From Phycisphaeraceae bacterium (GTDB taxonomy: Bacteria > Planctomycetota > Phycisphaerae > Phycisphaerales > Phycisphaeraceae): a DNA stretch of 40,027 nt. The notes under the pieces are model-generated. The model did not search any database and had not been told where the DNA came from. It saw only the letters and a list, made by a program, of their open reading frames with translations. Each line of letters starts with the position of its first letter. Position 1 is the first letter of the stretch. The stretch covers positions 1-40,027 of the forward strand of contig JADZCW010000013.1 in the NCBI GenBank assembly GCA_020851395.1, given 5' to 3'. Shown here one piece after another: positions 18,616 through 28,303 of the stretch. The translations under genes were made by a program, and so were the position numbers.

Positions 18616-19863
18616 TTATGTGGCGGATTGACAGAGGCTTATAAGCTCTTCCCGCTCGGCCGCGAAGTCGTTTTCCCGGCCCTGGCGGATCAGCTCCAGG
18701 CCGGTCGAGATGACCTCCCAGTGGGCCTCGCAGCAGAAGAGATTCTTCAGGTGCGCAGCCGCGACGACGCGGAGCTTGGGGTTGTCCATGCCGTCGCGGG
18801 TTTCCTTGATCCGGGCCAGGAAGTGCGGCAGGCGAAAGAGGCAGTAGGCGTTCCAGAACCGCCGATGTGCCTGGGGGTCCGTCTGGATCTCGGACAGGCG
18901 GTTGAGCCGGCGGAAGAAGCCTTCACGCTGTGCCGGGGGCAGCAGGCTCGCGTGGCCGGTGGCGGGGTCCATGCGGGTGGGGTGGATGTCCACGCCGACG
19001 CACGTTCGGCCGCTCAGGTGCAGGCGGACGATCATGCCCACCCACCACAGCGCGTCCTCGCTCGAGGCCGGGGCCCAGAAGAGGAAGTTGCCCAGGTTGT
19101 AGATGATCGGCACGCCCTGGTGGACCTCCATGCCCTGGACGGTGTGGGCATGGTGGCCGATGACCGCGTCGGCGCCGGACTCGGCGATGGCCCGGTAGTC
19201 GCGGACCATGCGCGGGCTGGCGATGGGGCAGAACTCGTTGCCGCCGTGGATGAAGACGACCAGCAGATCACATTGCTGGCGTGCCGTGCTGACGCGGACG
19301 CAGACCGGCCCGAGGTGCAACGGGCCCGCGCCGGCCTCCTCGGGCGTGGCGTTGGAGAACTCGTTCTCCGCCACGGCCAGCAGGCCCACGCGCAGGCCGT
19401 GACGCTCCACGAACAGGGGTTGCCAGGCCTCCTCAAGACTGCGTCCGACGCCCACCACGCCCAGGCCGTGCCGGCGCGCCAGCTCGACGGTTTCGAGCAT
19501 CGACTCGGGGCCGTAGTCCTTGACGTGATTGTTGGCCATGTCCACGACATCGAAACCGCCGAACGCCACGCCCGCGATCGCGGCGGGGGGGCCCTGCAGC
19601 GCCGGGCCGTCCTTGATGATGGGTTGGCCAAGGTCGCTCAGCGGCAGCTCGAGGTTGGCCACCGAGAGATCCTTGTCCGCCAGCATGGGCAGGATGTCGC
19701 CGTAGACGGCCCGAACGGCGTCGGGGCCCTGCGTGAAGAGTTCGTCGAGCTTCCAGCCGCGGGACGGGCAGATGTCGCCGGTGGCCAGCAGGCGGAAATC
19801 AGAACCCAAGCCGCCTGGGCCGGAGCCCAGGCGCCACTGACCGGTCTGGATGTCGAGTTTCAT
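18616..19863 (-). CDS. CapA-family (PGA_cap) metallophosphoesterase-like protein
   Basis: LATGDICP, VANLELPLS, FDVVDMANNHVKDYG, VFIHGGNEF and ADAVIGHHAHTVQG follow the CapA / poly-gamma-glutamate capsule family pattern. ATG at 19863 (MKLDIQ) leaves an 11-nt gap to the upstream Wzz-like stop. Confidence 0.8.
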   Translation of the reverse strand: MKLDIQTGQWRLGSGPGGLGSDFRLLATGDICPSRGWKLDELFTQGPDAVRAVYGDILPMLADKDLSVANLELPLSDLGQPIIKDGPALQGPPAAIAGVAFGGFDVVDMANNHVKDYGPESMLETVELARRHGLGVVGVGRSLEEAWQPLFVERHGLRVGLLAVAENEFSNATPEEAGAGPLHLGPVCVRVSTARQQCDLLVVFIHGGNEFCPIASPRMVRDYRAIAESGADAVIGHHAHTVQGMEVHQGVPIIYNLGNFLFWAPASSEDALWWVGMIVRLHLSGRTCVGVDIHPTRMDPATGHASLLPPAQREGFFRRLNRLSEIQTDPQAHRRFWNAYCLFRLPHFLARIKETRDGMDNPKLRVVAAAHLKNLFCCEAHWEVISTGLELIRQGRENDFAAEREELISLCQSAT

Positions 19864-19874
19864 ACGGCCAGATG

Positions 19875-21482
19875 TTACCGCCCGGCGGCGCATCGGGCCC
19901 GACGGTGCCGCCGAACCTCCAGGCCCGTGGCCACGACCAGTCCGCCCAGCAGCGACACAGCCGCCAGCAGCGACAGCCTGGGGAACGACTCGCGCAGCGG
20001 GAGCATCGGTTGATCGACCGATCGCGTCATCATCAACGTGTTGGCCTGGCTGAGCACCACCTGGTGGCGCATCTCGGCGGTCTTGGCCCAGAGGTTTTCA
20101 TAAATGCGTGCGGCCCGCTCGTAATCCATCCACGCCTGCGCCTTCTCGGGCATGCCGGTCAGGCCGGAGCGGAACTGGTTGATCTCCGCCTCGAGCTCCG
20201 TCACGCGCTTGTTGGCTCGCTCGAGGTAGTTGGTCATCGACGCCGCCATGTCCCCCACGAGCGTCTTGCGGGCCGACTGCAGCGCGACCAGCGGCGGGTA
20301 GTCCTCGCGGAACTGCGAGCGCAGGGCGGCCGCCTCGGCGTTGACCTGCGTCAGCCGCTGGCCCATCGATTGCAGCAGCGGGTCCTCGACGAAGGAGGGA
20401 AGCGTCATCTCCGTCTGGCCCGACTTGAGGCCCTCGACGAGCTGCTCGAGTTCGTAGAGCCTCAGCTTCTGCTCGCGCAGGGCCAGCTCCTGCTGGACGA
20501 GGCTCTGGATCTGGAGCCTGACCTGTTCGTCCAGGGCGATGACCCCGGACTCGGTCTGGTAGGCCGCGAGTTTGGACTGCGACTGGCGGACGTCGGCGAG
20601 CATCTGGTCGAGCTGGCGGGTGGCGAACTGGCCGACCTTCTCCGACAGCTCGTCGGCCCAGTGCTCCTTCATGGCCGAGTAGTCCTCGAGCAGGGCCGTC
20701 ACCGCCTCCTGGGCCAGGAAGGGCGAGCGGTCGGAGAAGCTGACGCGGATGACCTTGCTCTGCGAGGTGAGCTGGCTGGTGGCCTGAACCTCGAGCTTCT
20801 TGGAGAACTTCTCGAGCACGCTGCCGGCCGGCCGGATGGTGAGCTTCAACCGCGTGCCGGCCTCGGGAACATTCGCGTCATGATGGTCCAGGACGAAACT
20901 GCCCCGGGGCGTGACAAAGGGCTTGGCGAGTTCGCCCTCCCCGAGCGGTTGGCCGCTCTCATGATCGGCGACGGTGAACTTCCCGTCGGCCGCGAACTCG
21001 ATGTCGAAGGTGAGCTTCTGATAGACGTGCGGCGCGGTGGTGGTCTGGTGGACGAACAGGCCGCGCAGGTACCGCCCCGTGTCACGCCCGATCCGCCACT
21101 GCCAGAAGAAGGGCCGCTGCGGGCGAAGCCGGCTGGGCCCGGAGAGCCTGGCGTTGAATCCGCAGGCCTCGATCGCCGCCAGCGAGAGGCGGTCGCTGCG
21201 CAACAGGTCCTTTTGCGACAGCACGTCGCCGGTGCCGCCGAGCATGGCGCTGAGGTTCGTCGGCGCGGCGCCCATGGCGCTCAGGGCCGGCTTGTCCTCG
21301 ACGTAGACCGAGCCGGTGCTGGTGAACATCGGGGTCAGGTGCATGCCCGCGAGCAGGATCACCGCGGCCCACAGCGCCGTGCGCGTCGCCAGGCGGCCCT
21401 TGTGTTCGAGCACGGGTTCGAGCATCGCCGTCAGGTCCAGCCCGTCCGTCGGCGTCGTGTTGTGGGTGTCTTGGCCGGTCAT
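19875..21482 (-). CDS. polysaccharide chain-length determinant (Wzz/GumC/EpsF-like, no kinase domain)
   Basis: N-terminal TM helix (ALWAAVILLAGMHL), a long periplasmic coiled-coil region (QQELALREQKLRLYELEQLVEGLK...), and a C-terminal TM helix (LSLLAAVSLLGGLVVATGL). It sits directly downstream of the Wza-like gene. No Walker A/B tail. Confidence 0.8.
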   Translation of the reverse strand: MTGQDTHNTTPTDGLDLTAMLEPVLEHKGRLATRTALWAAVILLAGMHLTPMFTSTGSVYVEDKPALSAMGAAPTNLSAMLGGTGDVLSQKDLLRSDRLSLAAIEACGFNARLSGPSRLRPQRPFFWQWRIGRDTGRYLRGLFVHQTTTAPHVYQKLTFDIEFAADGKFTVADHESGQPLGEGELAKPFVTPRGSFVLDHHDANVPEAGTRLKLTIRPAGSVLEKFSKKLEVQATSQLTSQSKVIRVSFSDRSPFLAQEAVTALLEDYSAMKEHWADELSEKVGQFATRQLDQMLADVRQSQSKLAAYQTESGVIALDEQVRLQIQSLVQQELALREQKLRLYELEQLVEGLKSGQTEMTLPSFVEDPLLQSMGQRLTQVNAEAAALRSQFREDYPPLVALQSARKTLVGDMAASMTNYLERANKRVTELEAEINQFRSGLTGMPEKAQAWMDYERAARIYENLWAKTAEMRHQVVLSQANTLMMTRSVDQPMLPLRESFPRLSLLAAVSLLGGLVVATGLEVRRHRRARCAAGR

Positions 21483-21487
21483 GGTGA

Positions 21488-22675
21488 TCAGTTGTTGATG
21501 TTGTTGCCGTTGGAGGCCGAGATGATCTGGGCCAAGGGAGTCACGACGTTGCCCAGGACCTCGATCGTGGGCAGGATCTCGCGCATCAGGTCGTTCCAGT
21601 TCCCGAGCTTGCTCTTGGGCAGGTAGACGATGTCGCCGGCCATCAGGTTAAAGGGAGGGGCCTGGCCGTCGAGGATCATCTTCAGGTTCACCGTGATCAG
21701 CTCCCCGCGCGTCGGCGAGTAGGAGCGCAGGACGCGGACCTGCTTGAGCAGCCCGCCGACCTTGACGAACCCGCCCGCCATGGAGATGGCCTCGGTCAGC
21801 GTGAGCTTGCCCTGGGTCATGGGCACGGCCCCGGGCTGGTTGACGTTGCCCAGCACGAAGACGCGCTGCTCGCTGAGGTCCGGAACGTAGAGCGTGTCCT
21901 GGGGCATGAGCCAGATGTTCTGCTCCAGGTCGCCCTCGTTGAGCAGGCGGTAGACGTCCACGGGCAGCACGTGCTGGCCGCGGATCACCCGCGCGCCGGG
22001 CAGGAAGGCATTGTCCGCCAGCCCCGAGCCCAGGGCGATGCCCTGGAGCAGGCTCGTCGGGCGGTTGAGGTAGATCACCTGCGGCTGACGGAAGGAGCCG
22101 ACGAGGTAGACCGGCTGGCTGCTGTACTCGAGCACCTCGACGACGACCCAGGGCTCGGTGATGTAGCGCTTGTACTTCTCAGCCAGCCGCTGCTGAGCCT
22201 GGCCGAGGGTCAGGCCCGTGACCTCGACCATGCCGACCATCGGGAGCTGGATGCGTCCGCGCCCGTCGACGCGAGAGCCGAGCGAGCGATTGCCGAAGGT
22301 CACCGCCCCGGCCGGGCTGCCCAGCTCGGGCTTGCCGAAGACGTTGACGTACAGCACGTCGTGGGGGCCGATGACGTAGTCGGCTGGCGGTTCGCCCGTC
22401 GGGGCGCTCGGGACGCGCAGGGTCTGGCGTTCGACGACGGCCGTGCCGTCGCCGCCGTCGGTCGGCTCGCCGCGCTCGACGGTCACGTCATCCACCGCCG
22501 GGATGGGCCTGGCCGCCACCGGGGCGTGCTCGGGCTTGGACCGCGGGTCCCTGAACGAGGCCGCCACCGAGCAGCCGACCAGCGATGCCGCCGCGAACGC
22601 CCACGCCGCCGCACGGAGCCCCCGCGTCCCCAGCCCGATCGCTCGCCTCCAGGACCGCGTCTCGATTCGGATCAT
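21488..22675 (-). CDS. polysaccharide export protein (Wza/Poly_export + SLBB domains), probable lipoprotein
   Basis: A Cys-containing lipobox-like signal end (SLVGCS). DYVIGPHDVLYVNVFGKPEL...VDGRGRIQLPMVGMVEVTGLTLGQAQQRLAEKY is the Poly_export signature. It is followed by two SLBB-like repeats (VYLVGSF..P, VFVLGNVNQPG). Confidence 0.85.
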   Translation of the reverse strand: MIRIETRSWRRAIGLGTRGLRAAAWAFAAASLVGCSVAASFRDPRSKPEHAPVAARPIPAVDDVTVERGEPTDGGDGTAVVERQTLRVPSAPTGEPPADYVIGPHDVLYVNVFGKPELGSPAGAVTFGNRSLGSRVDGRGRIQLPMVGMVEVTGLTLGQAQQRLAEKYKRYITEPWVVVEVLEYSSQPVYLVGSFRQPQVIYLNRPTSLLQGIALGSGLADNAFLPGARVIRGQHVLPVDVYRLLNEGDLEQNIWLMPQDTLYVPDLSEQRVFVLGNVNQPGAVPMTQGKLTLTEAISMAGGFVKVGGLLKQVRVLRSYSPTRGELITVNLKMILDGQAPPFNLMAGDIVYLPKSKLGNWNDLMREILPTIEVLGNVVTPLAQIISASNGNNINN

Positions 22676-22714
22676 GCTTCTTCCGCTCTTGCCGGGTCGC
22701 CGGCGATGGACTCG

Positions 22715-24205
22715 CTAGTACGCGCCGCGTCGGTCGAGCAGAATGCCGACCGTGCGGATCAGGATCACCACGTCCAGCCAGACCGACCAGTTCCGCACAT
22801 AATAAGCATCCAGCCGCATGCGTTCACGGTAGGTCAGCTCGTTGCGTCCGCAGGCCTGCCACATCCCCGTGATGCCCGGGACGGCCCGGCAGTAGACGTC
22901 CATCTGGTCGCCGCGCTTGGCCCGCTCGCTCTCGGGGAACGGGCGCGGCCCGACCAGGCTCATCTGACCGAGCATGACGTTGATGAACTGCGGCAGCTCG
23001 TCGAGGCTCAGCCGGCGCAGCCACCGGCCCACCCGCGTCACCCGCGGGTCGGCGCGCAGCTTCCGCGTCACCTCCCACTCCTGACGCAGCTCCCGATTCG
23101 ACGAGAGCGTCTCGTGCAGCACGTCGTTGGCGTTGGCGACCATCGTGCGGAACTTGAACATGTCAAAGGCAACGCCCTGGCGCCCGATCACGCGATGACG
23201 GTAGAGCACCGGCCCGCGCGAGTCGAGCTTGATCAACGCCGCCAGCAGCAGCCCCAGCGGCAGCACCACCACCATCCCCGCCGTCACCAGCAACAGGTCC
23301 ATCAGCCTCTTGATCCGCCGGGGCATCGGCTCGAGCAGGTGCTGACGCACCTCCAGGGCCAGCATCCCCCCCATGTCCCGCGCCTGCACCCAGAGCGTCG
23401 AGAAGTCCAGGAAGTCCGGCACGATCAGCACCCGCCGGAACACCCGGCACTCCTGGTCGATCATCCGCAGAAGCTCCGATCGCGCCGCCTCGGGCATGGC
23501 CAGGATCGCGTAGTGGATCCCCACTGCCCTCGAGACGCGCTGCGCCTGGTCCATCCCACGCACCACCGGCACGCGCCGGATCGCCGACCCGCCCGCGAGT
23601 TCATCGGTCAGCACCACCGCCGGCCGCAGGCCCAACGCCGGCTGCGCCTGCAGCAGCCGGATGACCTGCCGGCAGACGCACCGCCGGCCCATCACCACCA
23701 CCGGGTACCCCCACCACGTCCGCTGGCCGAACATCCAGCGCACGATCCCCCGGCCTGCCGGCACTGTCGCCAGCGCCAGCAGCCACGCCAGCACCATCAT
23801 GCCGCGCGATGACGCGGGGTTGTCCGACAGCAGCAGCACCCCCGCGCCCAGCAGCAGGAAGCCCAGCGTCGTCGCCCGCGTCAGCAGGCGCAGCTCGCGC
23901 GCCGCCACCAGCCCCACGCCCGGGTAGGCCCCCATGCCCCAGTAGACCGTCAGCAGGAACACCAGCCAGGGCCAGCAGGCCAGCAGCTCGCGGCGCTGCG
24001 GCCATCCCTCGGTCCAGGCCGATTCGATCAGCAGCGCCGCGGCCGTCGCCAGCACGATCGCCATCGCGTCGGCCAGGAGCGTCGTGGCCGCGGTCAGGTT
24101 CGGCCAGGACTGCCGGCCCAGCGCCGCCCAGGGCGCGACCGCCCGCGAGACCTCCTCGGGCAGAATCCCGCCGACGCCCTCCCAAGCCATCGCGTTTCTG
24201 CTCAT
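22715..24205 (-). CDS. exopolysaccharide-priming undecaprenyl-phosphate glycosyl-1-phosphate transferase (WbaP/bacterial sugar transferase family)
   Basis: N-terminal multi-TM region. C-terminal KRLMDLLLV...PVLYRHRVIGRQGVAFDMFKFRTM...DPRVTRVGRWLRRLSLDELPQFINVMLGQMSLVGPRP is the PF02397 signature. Confidence 0.9.
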   Translation of the reverse strand: MSRNAMAWEGVGGILPEEVSRAVAPWAALGRQSWPNLTAATTLLADAMAIVLATAAALLIESAWTEGWPQRRELLACWPWLVFLLTVYWGMGAYPGVGLVAARELRLLTRATTLGFLLLGAGVLLLSDNPASSRGMMVLAWLLALATVPAGRGIVRWMFGQRTWWGYPVVVMGRRCVCRQVIRLLQAQPALGLRPAVVLTDELAGGSAIRRVPVVRGMDQAQRVSRAVGIHYAILAMPEAARSELLRMIDQECRVFRRVLIVPDFLDFSTLWVQARDMGGMLALEVRQHLLEPMPRRIKRLMDLLLVTAGMVVVLPLGLLLAALIKLDSRGPVLYRHRVIGRQGVAFDMFKFRTMVANANDVLHETLSSNRELRQEWEVTRKLRADPRVTRVGRWLRRLSLDELPQFINVMLGQMSLVGPRPFPESERAKRGDQMDVYCRAVPGITGMWQACGRNELTYRERMRLDAYYVRNWSVWLDVVILIRTVGILLDRRGAY

Positions 24206-24268
24206 CGTCAGCCTCCCTCGATCAGCGGCGATTCATTGGTTCGTTGCGGATTTCCGGCCCCGCCGTGA

Positions 24269-25867
24269 CTAATAGGTGAATTCCAGCCCCACCGACCCGA
24301 TCACCACGACGGGGCTGTCCCCCGTCCCGTTGGCCAAGCTGAGCCGTTGCAGCGGACTGCCGAGGAACAACACCGACCCCCCGGTCGTCAGGTCCAGCAG
24401 GACCATCTGATCGCCGGGCGTGGACATCGTCAGCAGGGGGATGCTCAGCTCCAGACCGATCTGCCCGTAGCCGAAGAACTGGTCCTGGCCGGCCGGGTCC
24501 TCGAAATAGTCCGACAGGCTCAGCCCGACACGCACCGGCACGGCCAGCGTGATCGGCCGCTTGAAGCTCTCGATCCTCAGCAGCTCGAACTCCGGCCGGA
24601 CACCCAGCTCCAGGTAGATGCCCTGGCCGAACCCGGGGGCATTGGAGTTGGGGTTGCCGCCGTCGGAGTCGCCCTGGTACTCGATCGTCAACAGCGCGTA
24701 GGGCTGGAGGCTGAAGGGAAACGCCGGCGTGCTGTCGTCGAAGGCCAGCTTCGCCTCAAAGGCGTGCACGTCGGCCAACTGCTGGTTCACGCCGATGCGG
24801 TTGGTCTGGTAGACCCCCAAGAGCAGACGCTCGAAGCCGGTGAACTCGACGCCGCCGTCGAAGTCCAGCTCGTAGAACTTCTCGTTGCCCCCGCCGGGCG
24901 TGTTGGCCGTGGGGCCGAAGGTGTGGAACGAGCGGAGCTTGATCACCGCGTCGAGCTTGTTGAAGACGTCGGACATCCGGTCCTCGTACGGACGGACGCG
25001 GATCTCAGCGCCGAGTTGAACGAGCCCCTCGTTCTCCTGGCCGATGCCGCGGTAGAAATAGGCGGTGTCGAATTGGGAGGTGGCATGAAAGAGGAACCGC
25101 CAATGGTCCGCGGGCTCGAGCTCGCTCGGCGGCTCGCCCGGGGTCGGGTAATGGTGAACGCTCGGGACGGCGGAGTGCCGGGGTTCGTCGGCCTCTTGGG
25201 CATCGGCCGGCTGCGTGGCGGCCGGCGCGACGACGGTCTCGGACACGGGCTCCTGGTCGTCCAACGGAGGCGACTGCGGGGCGGTGACGATCGGAGGTTC
25301 GATCGTGATGACCGGGGCGGGGGCGACGGTCTGAGCGGCCTGGGCCAGCGAGGGCGCGGGCTGTCTCCATCGCAGGTTCGCGTAGCTCGCCCCGGGCAGG
25401 GACAGCTCGATCGTCGGCGTCGGCTCAAGGATCAGCAGACGAATCCACCGCCCGCGTGCCGGGCCGGCCTCGAGGCCGTTGAGCGCCAGGCGAGGTCGCT
25501 GGCGGCTGCCGACCATCTCCAGCTCGCCCGGCTGGCCGGCGCCAAGGTCCATCGTCAGCTCTTCGGGCCCGCTGCGCAGGACCAACTGCTTGGCGTCGGT
25601 GTCGAGCTCAAGCCCCAGGCTCTTGTCCAGCACGTCGGATTTGGGGATGACCAGCTTGGGCGTGACGCCGGCCTGCCCGACGAACACCGCCTCGGACGTC
25701 TGCTCGGTCACGTACCAGTCCGGGCCCAGGTCGCGGCCGACCCCGCCGGCGCTCGTCTGCGCCAGGACCGTCAGGCTCAACCCCAGCGCACCGATCAATT
25801 TCAGGACCAGCGGCCGACGCCGTTGTCCCTGGTTCTTCCGCGTCCGTGCTTGGCGATCAGCTCGCAA
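24269..25867 (-). CDS. putative outer-membrane beta-barrel protein of the EPS locus
   Basis: Signal peptide (LVLKLIGALGLSLTVLAQTSA), a Pro/Ala-rich linker, and a C-terminal half of alternating-hydrophobic strands ending in an aromatic terminus (...SVGLEFTY) typical of OMPs. The track start is a TTG, so the exact start is uncertain. No family recognised. Confidence 0.65.
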   Translation of the reverse strand: MRADRQARTRKNQGQRRRPLVLKLIGALGLSLTVLAQTSAGGVGRDLGPDWYVTEQTSEAVFVGQAGVTPKLVIPKSDVLDKSLGLELDTDAKQLVLRSGPEELTMDLGAGQPGELEMVGSRQRPRLALNGLEAGPARGRWIRLLILEPTPTIELSLPGASYANLRWRQPAPSLAQAAQTVAPAPVITIEPPIVTAPQSPPLDDQEPVSETVVAPAATQPADAQEADEPRHSAVPSVHHYPTPGEPPSELEPADHWRFLFHATSQFDTAYFYRGIGQENEGLVQLGAEIRVRPYEDRMSDVFNKLDAVIKLRSFHTFGPTANTPGGGNEKFYELDFDGGVEFTGFERLLLGVYQTNRIGVNQQLADVHAFEAKLAFDDSTPAFPFSLQPYALLTIEYQGDSDGGNPNSNAPGFGQGIYLELGVRPEFELLRIESFKRPITLAVPVRVGLSLSDYFEDPAGQDQFFGYGQIGLELSIPLLTMSTPGDQMVLLDLTTGGSVLFLGSPLQRLSLANGTGDSPVVVIGSVGLEFTY

Positions 25868-26066
25868 GAACCTTGTTCTCCTGGCCCTACATGCGCACGG
25901 CCGGATTTAAACCGCCCACGCCATGAAAGTCAATTAATCTTCCATCGTCAGACATCCGTAAAGATCCCGTGCACCTCCGGGCTCGCGTGGCTTTCTTCAT
26001 TGACGCATCCAACCGTGACTTCTACGCTATGACCAGACAGGCCTCCAGCCCCCGCCGCAGCCGATC

Positions 26067-27083
26067 ATGAGCGGTACTTCACCTAAGATCTCGGTGATCA
26101 TCCTCGCCAACAATGAGGAGCGCAATCTTCGCCGCATGCTCCCCACGCTGGTCGGCCAGAAGACGCCCGAGCCGTTCGAGATTGTGCTCATCGACTCCGG
26201 CTCGACCGACCGGACCAAAGAGGTGGCCCGGGAATTCGGGGCCCACGTGCACTCGATCGCGCCCGAGCGGTTCCAGCACGGCCGGGCGCGGAACCTCGGG
26301 GCCCGGCTGGCCCGCGGCTACTTGCTGGTGTATCTCGTGGCCGACGCCGTGCCGGCGGACGATCGCTGGCTGGCGCGGATGGTCGAGCCCTTGCAGGACC
26401 CGGCCGTCGGCGGCGTCTTCTGCCGGCAACTGCCACCGCCGGGCACCATCCCCCCGCACGCCTACGCCCTCGAGCACCGCTACGGCCCGGAGAACCGCCG
26501 GCACCGGCCGCGACCGGGCGAGCCGTTGACGCTCAGCCGCGTGCGCATCTCCAATGTCGGTTCCGCCTACCGCCGCCAGACGCTGCTCGAACAACCCTTC
26601 CCTGAGAACCTGATCGTCTGCGAGGACGTGGCGATGGGCCTGGCCCTGCTGCGCCGGGGGCACGAGGTGCTCTACCGTGGGGACACGGCCGTCTATCACG
26701 CCCACAATTACACGCCGGCCCAGATCTTCCGCCGCTACTTTGACATCGGCAGCGCCCTGCGCGACCTCTGGTCGCAACTGCCCGAGCCGGCGAAAGACCT
26801 CGGCTCGCGGCCGCTCGAGAGTCCGCTTCGCCAGTTCCTGGCCTACCTCGCCGGGCAGGCCCGCTACCTCGTCCGCCATCGCCAGTGGGGGTGGTTCTTC
26901 GTCATCCCCTACTACGACGCCGCCCGCCTGGCGGGATATGCGGCGGGTCGCGGCCACCGCCGGCTGCCCAACGCCCTTCGCCGGTGTTTCAGCCTGCCGC
27001 GGCACAAGATGTTCTGGGATCAGCCGGCCCCCGCGCCCGCCCAGGCCGAGGACTCCGTTCAGCCGGTCGTGGACGTCGCCTGA
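26067..27083 (+). CDS. glycosyltransferase family 2
   Basis: KISVIILANNEERNLRRMLPTLVGQ...EIVLIDSGSTDRT is the GT2 N-terminal Rossmann and DxD-like region. The ATG start is clear. Confidence 0.85.
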   Translation: MSGTSPKISVIILANNEERNLRRMLPTLVGQKTPEPFEIVLIDSGSTDRTKEVAREFGAHVHSIAPERFQHGRARNLGARLARGYLLVYLVADAVPADDRWLARMVEPLQDPAVGGVFCRQLPPPGTIPPHAYALEHRYGPENRRHRPRPGEPLTLSRVRISNVGSAYRRQTLLEQPFPENLIVCEDVAMGLALLRRGHEVLYRGDTAVYHAHNYTPAQIFRRYFDIGSALRDLWSQLPEPAKDLGSRPLESPLRQFLAYLAGQARYLVRHRQWGWFFVIPYYDAARLAGYAAGRGHRRLPNALRRCFSLPRHKMFWDQPAPAPAQAEDSVQPVVDVA

Positions 27084-28300
27084 ACGTCCGTCGCCGCCGG
27101 CGCGCCCCCCGTCCGCCTGGCCGTCCGGGCCGACCTGAAACACACCACGCCGATCGCCCACATCAGCAGGTACGGGAAGAAAAGCAGGTAGGGCGCGAAA
27201 AACGACAGGTACGTCGCCCCCAGCACCACCGTGTGCGTGAACATCCGGCCGCCGCCGCGTGTCATCCGGGCCGCGCTCCACTGGCCCAACGCCCCATAGA
27301 TCAGGTTGACCCCGATCACCCCCGCCCAGCGGAAGTCCAGCACGGCCGGCCCGAGGTAGTGCGGCGCGTTGTTCAGCGGCTGACGCGCCAGCTCCGCGGC
27401 CCGGCTGACGTTGTAACCCGCCCACGACTCCTGCAGCGCGCCCGGCAGCAGATACGCCAGCGACACGCTGCCGCGATCCGCCGAGCTGCCCTGGTCCATC
27501 CAGTACACGACGTTGTCGAAACTCCCGCTGATATAGCTCATAACCCAGATCAGCCCCGTGCCCGCCGGGCGGACGTGCGGGCTGACCTGCAAGGCGTCCA
27601 TCATGGTCTTGCCGCCCGTGCGGATTTCACCCATCGCCCACATGACCCCCGTCACGCCCACCGCCGCCGTGCCCAGCAGCCAGACCGCGCGCCGCGTGCG
27701 GGCCATCGACGACCGCCGGCCCAGCCGCACGTCGCGCAGGTCGTTGACCCTGCGGGCCTGCACCTCCGTCAGCACCCAGAAGAGCACGGCCATGATCAGC
27801 CAGCCCCGGGTGATGTGCAGCACGAACATCGCCATCGGGATCACCCGCATGGCCCATCGCTGCCAGGCCCGCGGCGCCCGCGCCGAGAGCGCCACCGTCG
27901 CGACGCAGACCGTGGGCCATACCGCGTTGAACGACCCGTACTCGAGATAGGTCGGCGCCGCCAGACCCAGCGTCAGCAGCGGCGGGGGGCCCGCGAGCCA
28001 CCAGTTCCGCACGATGACCAGGCCGGCCACCACCCAGAAGAAGCCCAGACGGCGCCAGTCGAGTGCGCCGGCCGGCGCGTCGTCCGCCATCGGCTTGAAC
28101 GGGCGCGGCGGCAGCCACAGCCCGGCCAGGACCATCCCTGCCAGGTAACTTAGCACCGACAGCCCCAGCACGCCCCAGGCCGTCCGGCCCGGCTCGAAGT
28201 ACTCTAAAATGTGCCAGGAGTACAGACCGATCACGCACAGCCACACCGCCAGAAAGACCGCCAGCGGATGAATCGCCAGACGTACGATCAACTGGGCCAT
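27059..28300 (-). CDS. Wzy-like oligosaccharide repeat-unit polymerase (multi-TM membrane protein)
   Basis: About 10-12 hydrophobic helices with one larger loop (RTGGKTMMDALQ...). Located in the EPS locus. ATG at 28300 (MAQLIVRL). The N-terminal 383 aa of the 797-aa track ORF are an Arg/Gly-rich shadow of the GT2 gene on the other strand. The family call is contextual. Confidence 0.65.
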   Translation of the reverse strand: MAQLIVRLAIHPLAVFLAVWLCVIGLYSWHILEYFEPGRTAWGVLGLSVLSYLAGMVLAGLWLPPRPFKPMADDAPAGALDWRRLGFFWVVAGLVIVRNWWLAGPPPLLTLGLAAPTYLEYGSFNAVWPTVCVATVALSARAPRAWQRWAMRVIPMAMFVLHITRGWLIMAVLFWVLTEVQARRVNDLRDVRLGRRSSMARTRRAVWLLGTAAVGVTGVMWAMGEIRTGGKTMMDALQVSPHVRPAGTGLIWVMSYISGSFDNVVYWMDQGSSADRGSVSLAYLLPGALQESWAGYNVSRAAELARQPLNNAPHYLGPAVLDFRWAGVIGVNLIYGALGQWSAARMTRGGGRMFTHTVVLGATYLSFFAPYLLFFPYLLMWAIGVVCFRSARTARRTGGAPAATDVQATSTTG

Positions 28301-28303
28301 GTC

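Noticed and set aside
16942-20013. 1023-aa + strand ORF spanning uppS, purA and the CapA-like gene
   Set aside because: It runs antisense across three well-supported minus-strand genes and their intergenic gaps. Composition is Arg/Ala/Gly/Pro-dominated low complexity. It is a shadow ORF.
19872-26032. Series of long + strand ORFs (19872-21626, 21971-23812, 24347-26032) opposite the Wzz-, Wza-, sugar-transferase- and OMP-like genes
   Set aside because: All are antisense to genes with clear family motifs. All are Arg/Gly/Pro/His-rich, without TM or signal features or motifs. They are shadow ORFs.
26079-27425. 448-aa minus-strand ORF opposite the first GT2 gene
   Set aside because: It is antisense to a GT2 gene with a clear N-terminal motif, and its sequence is low-complexity Gly/Arg/Ala/Pro.
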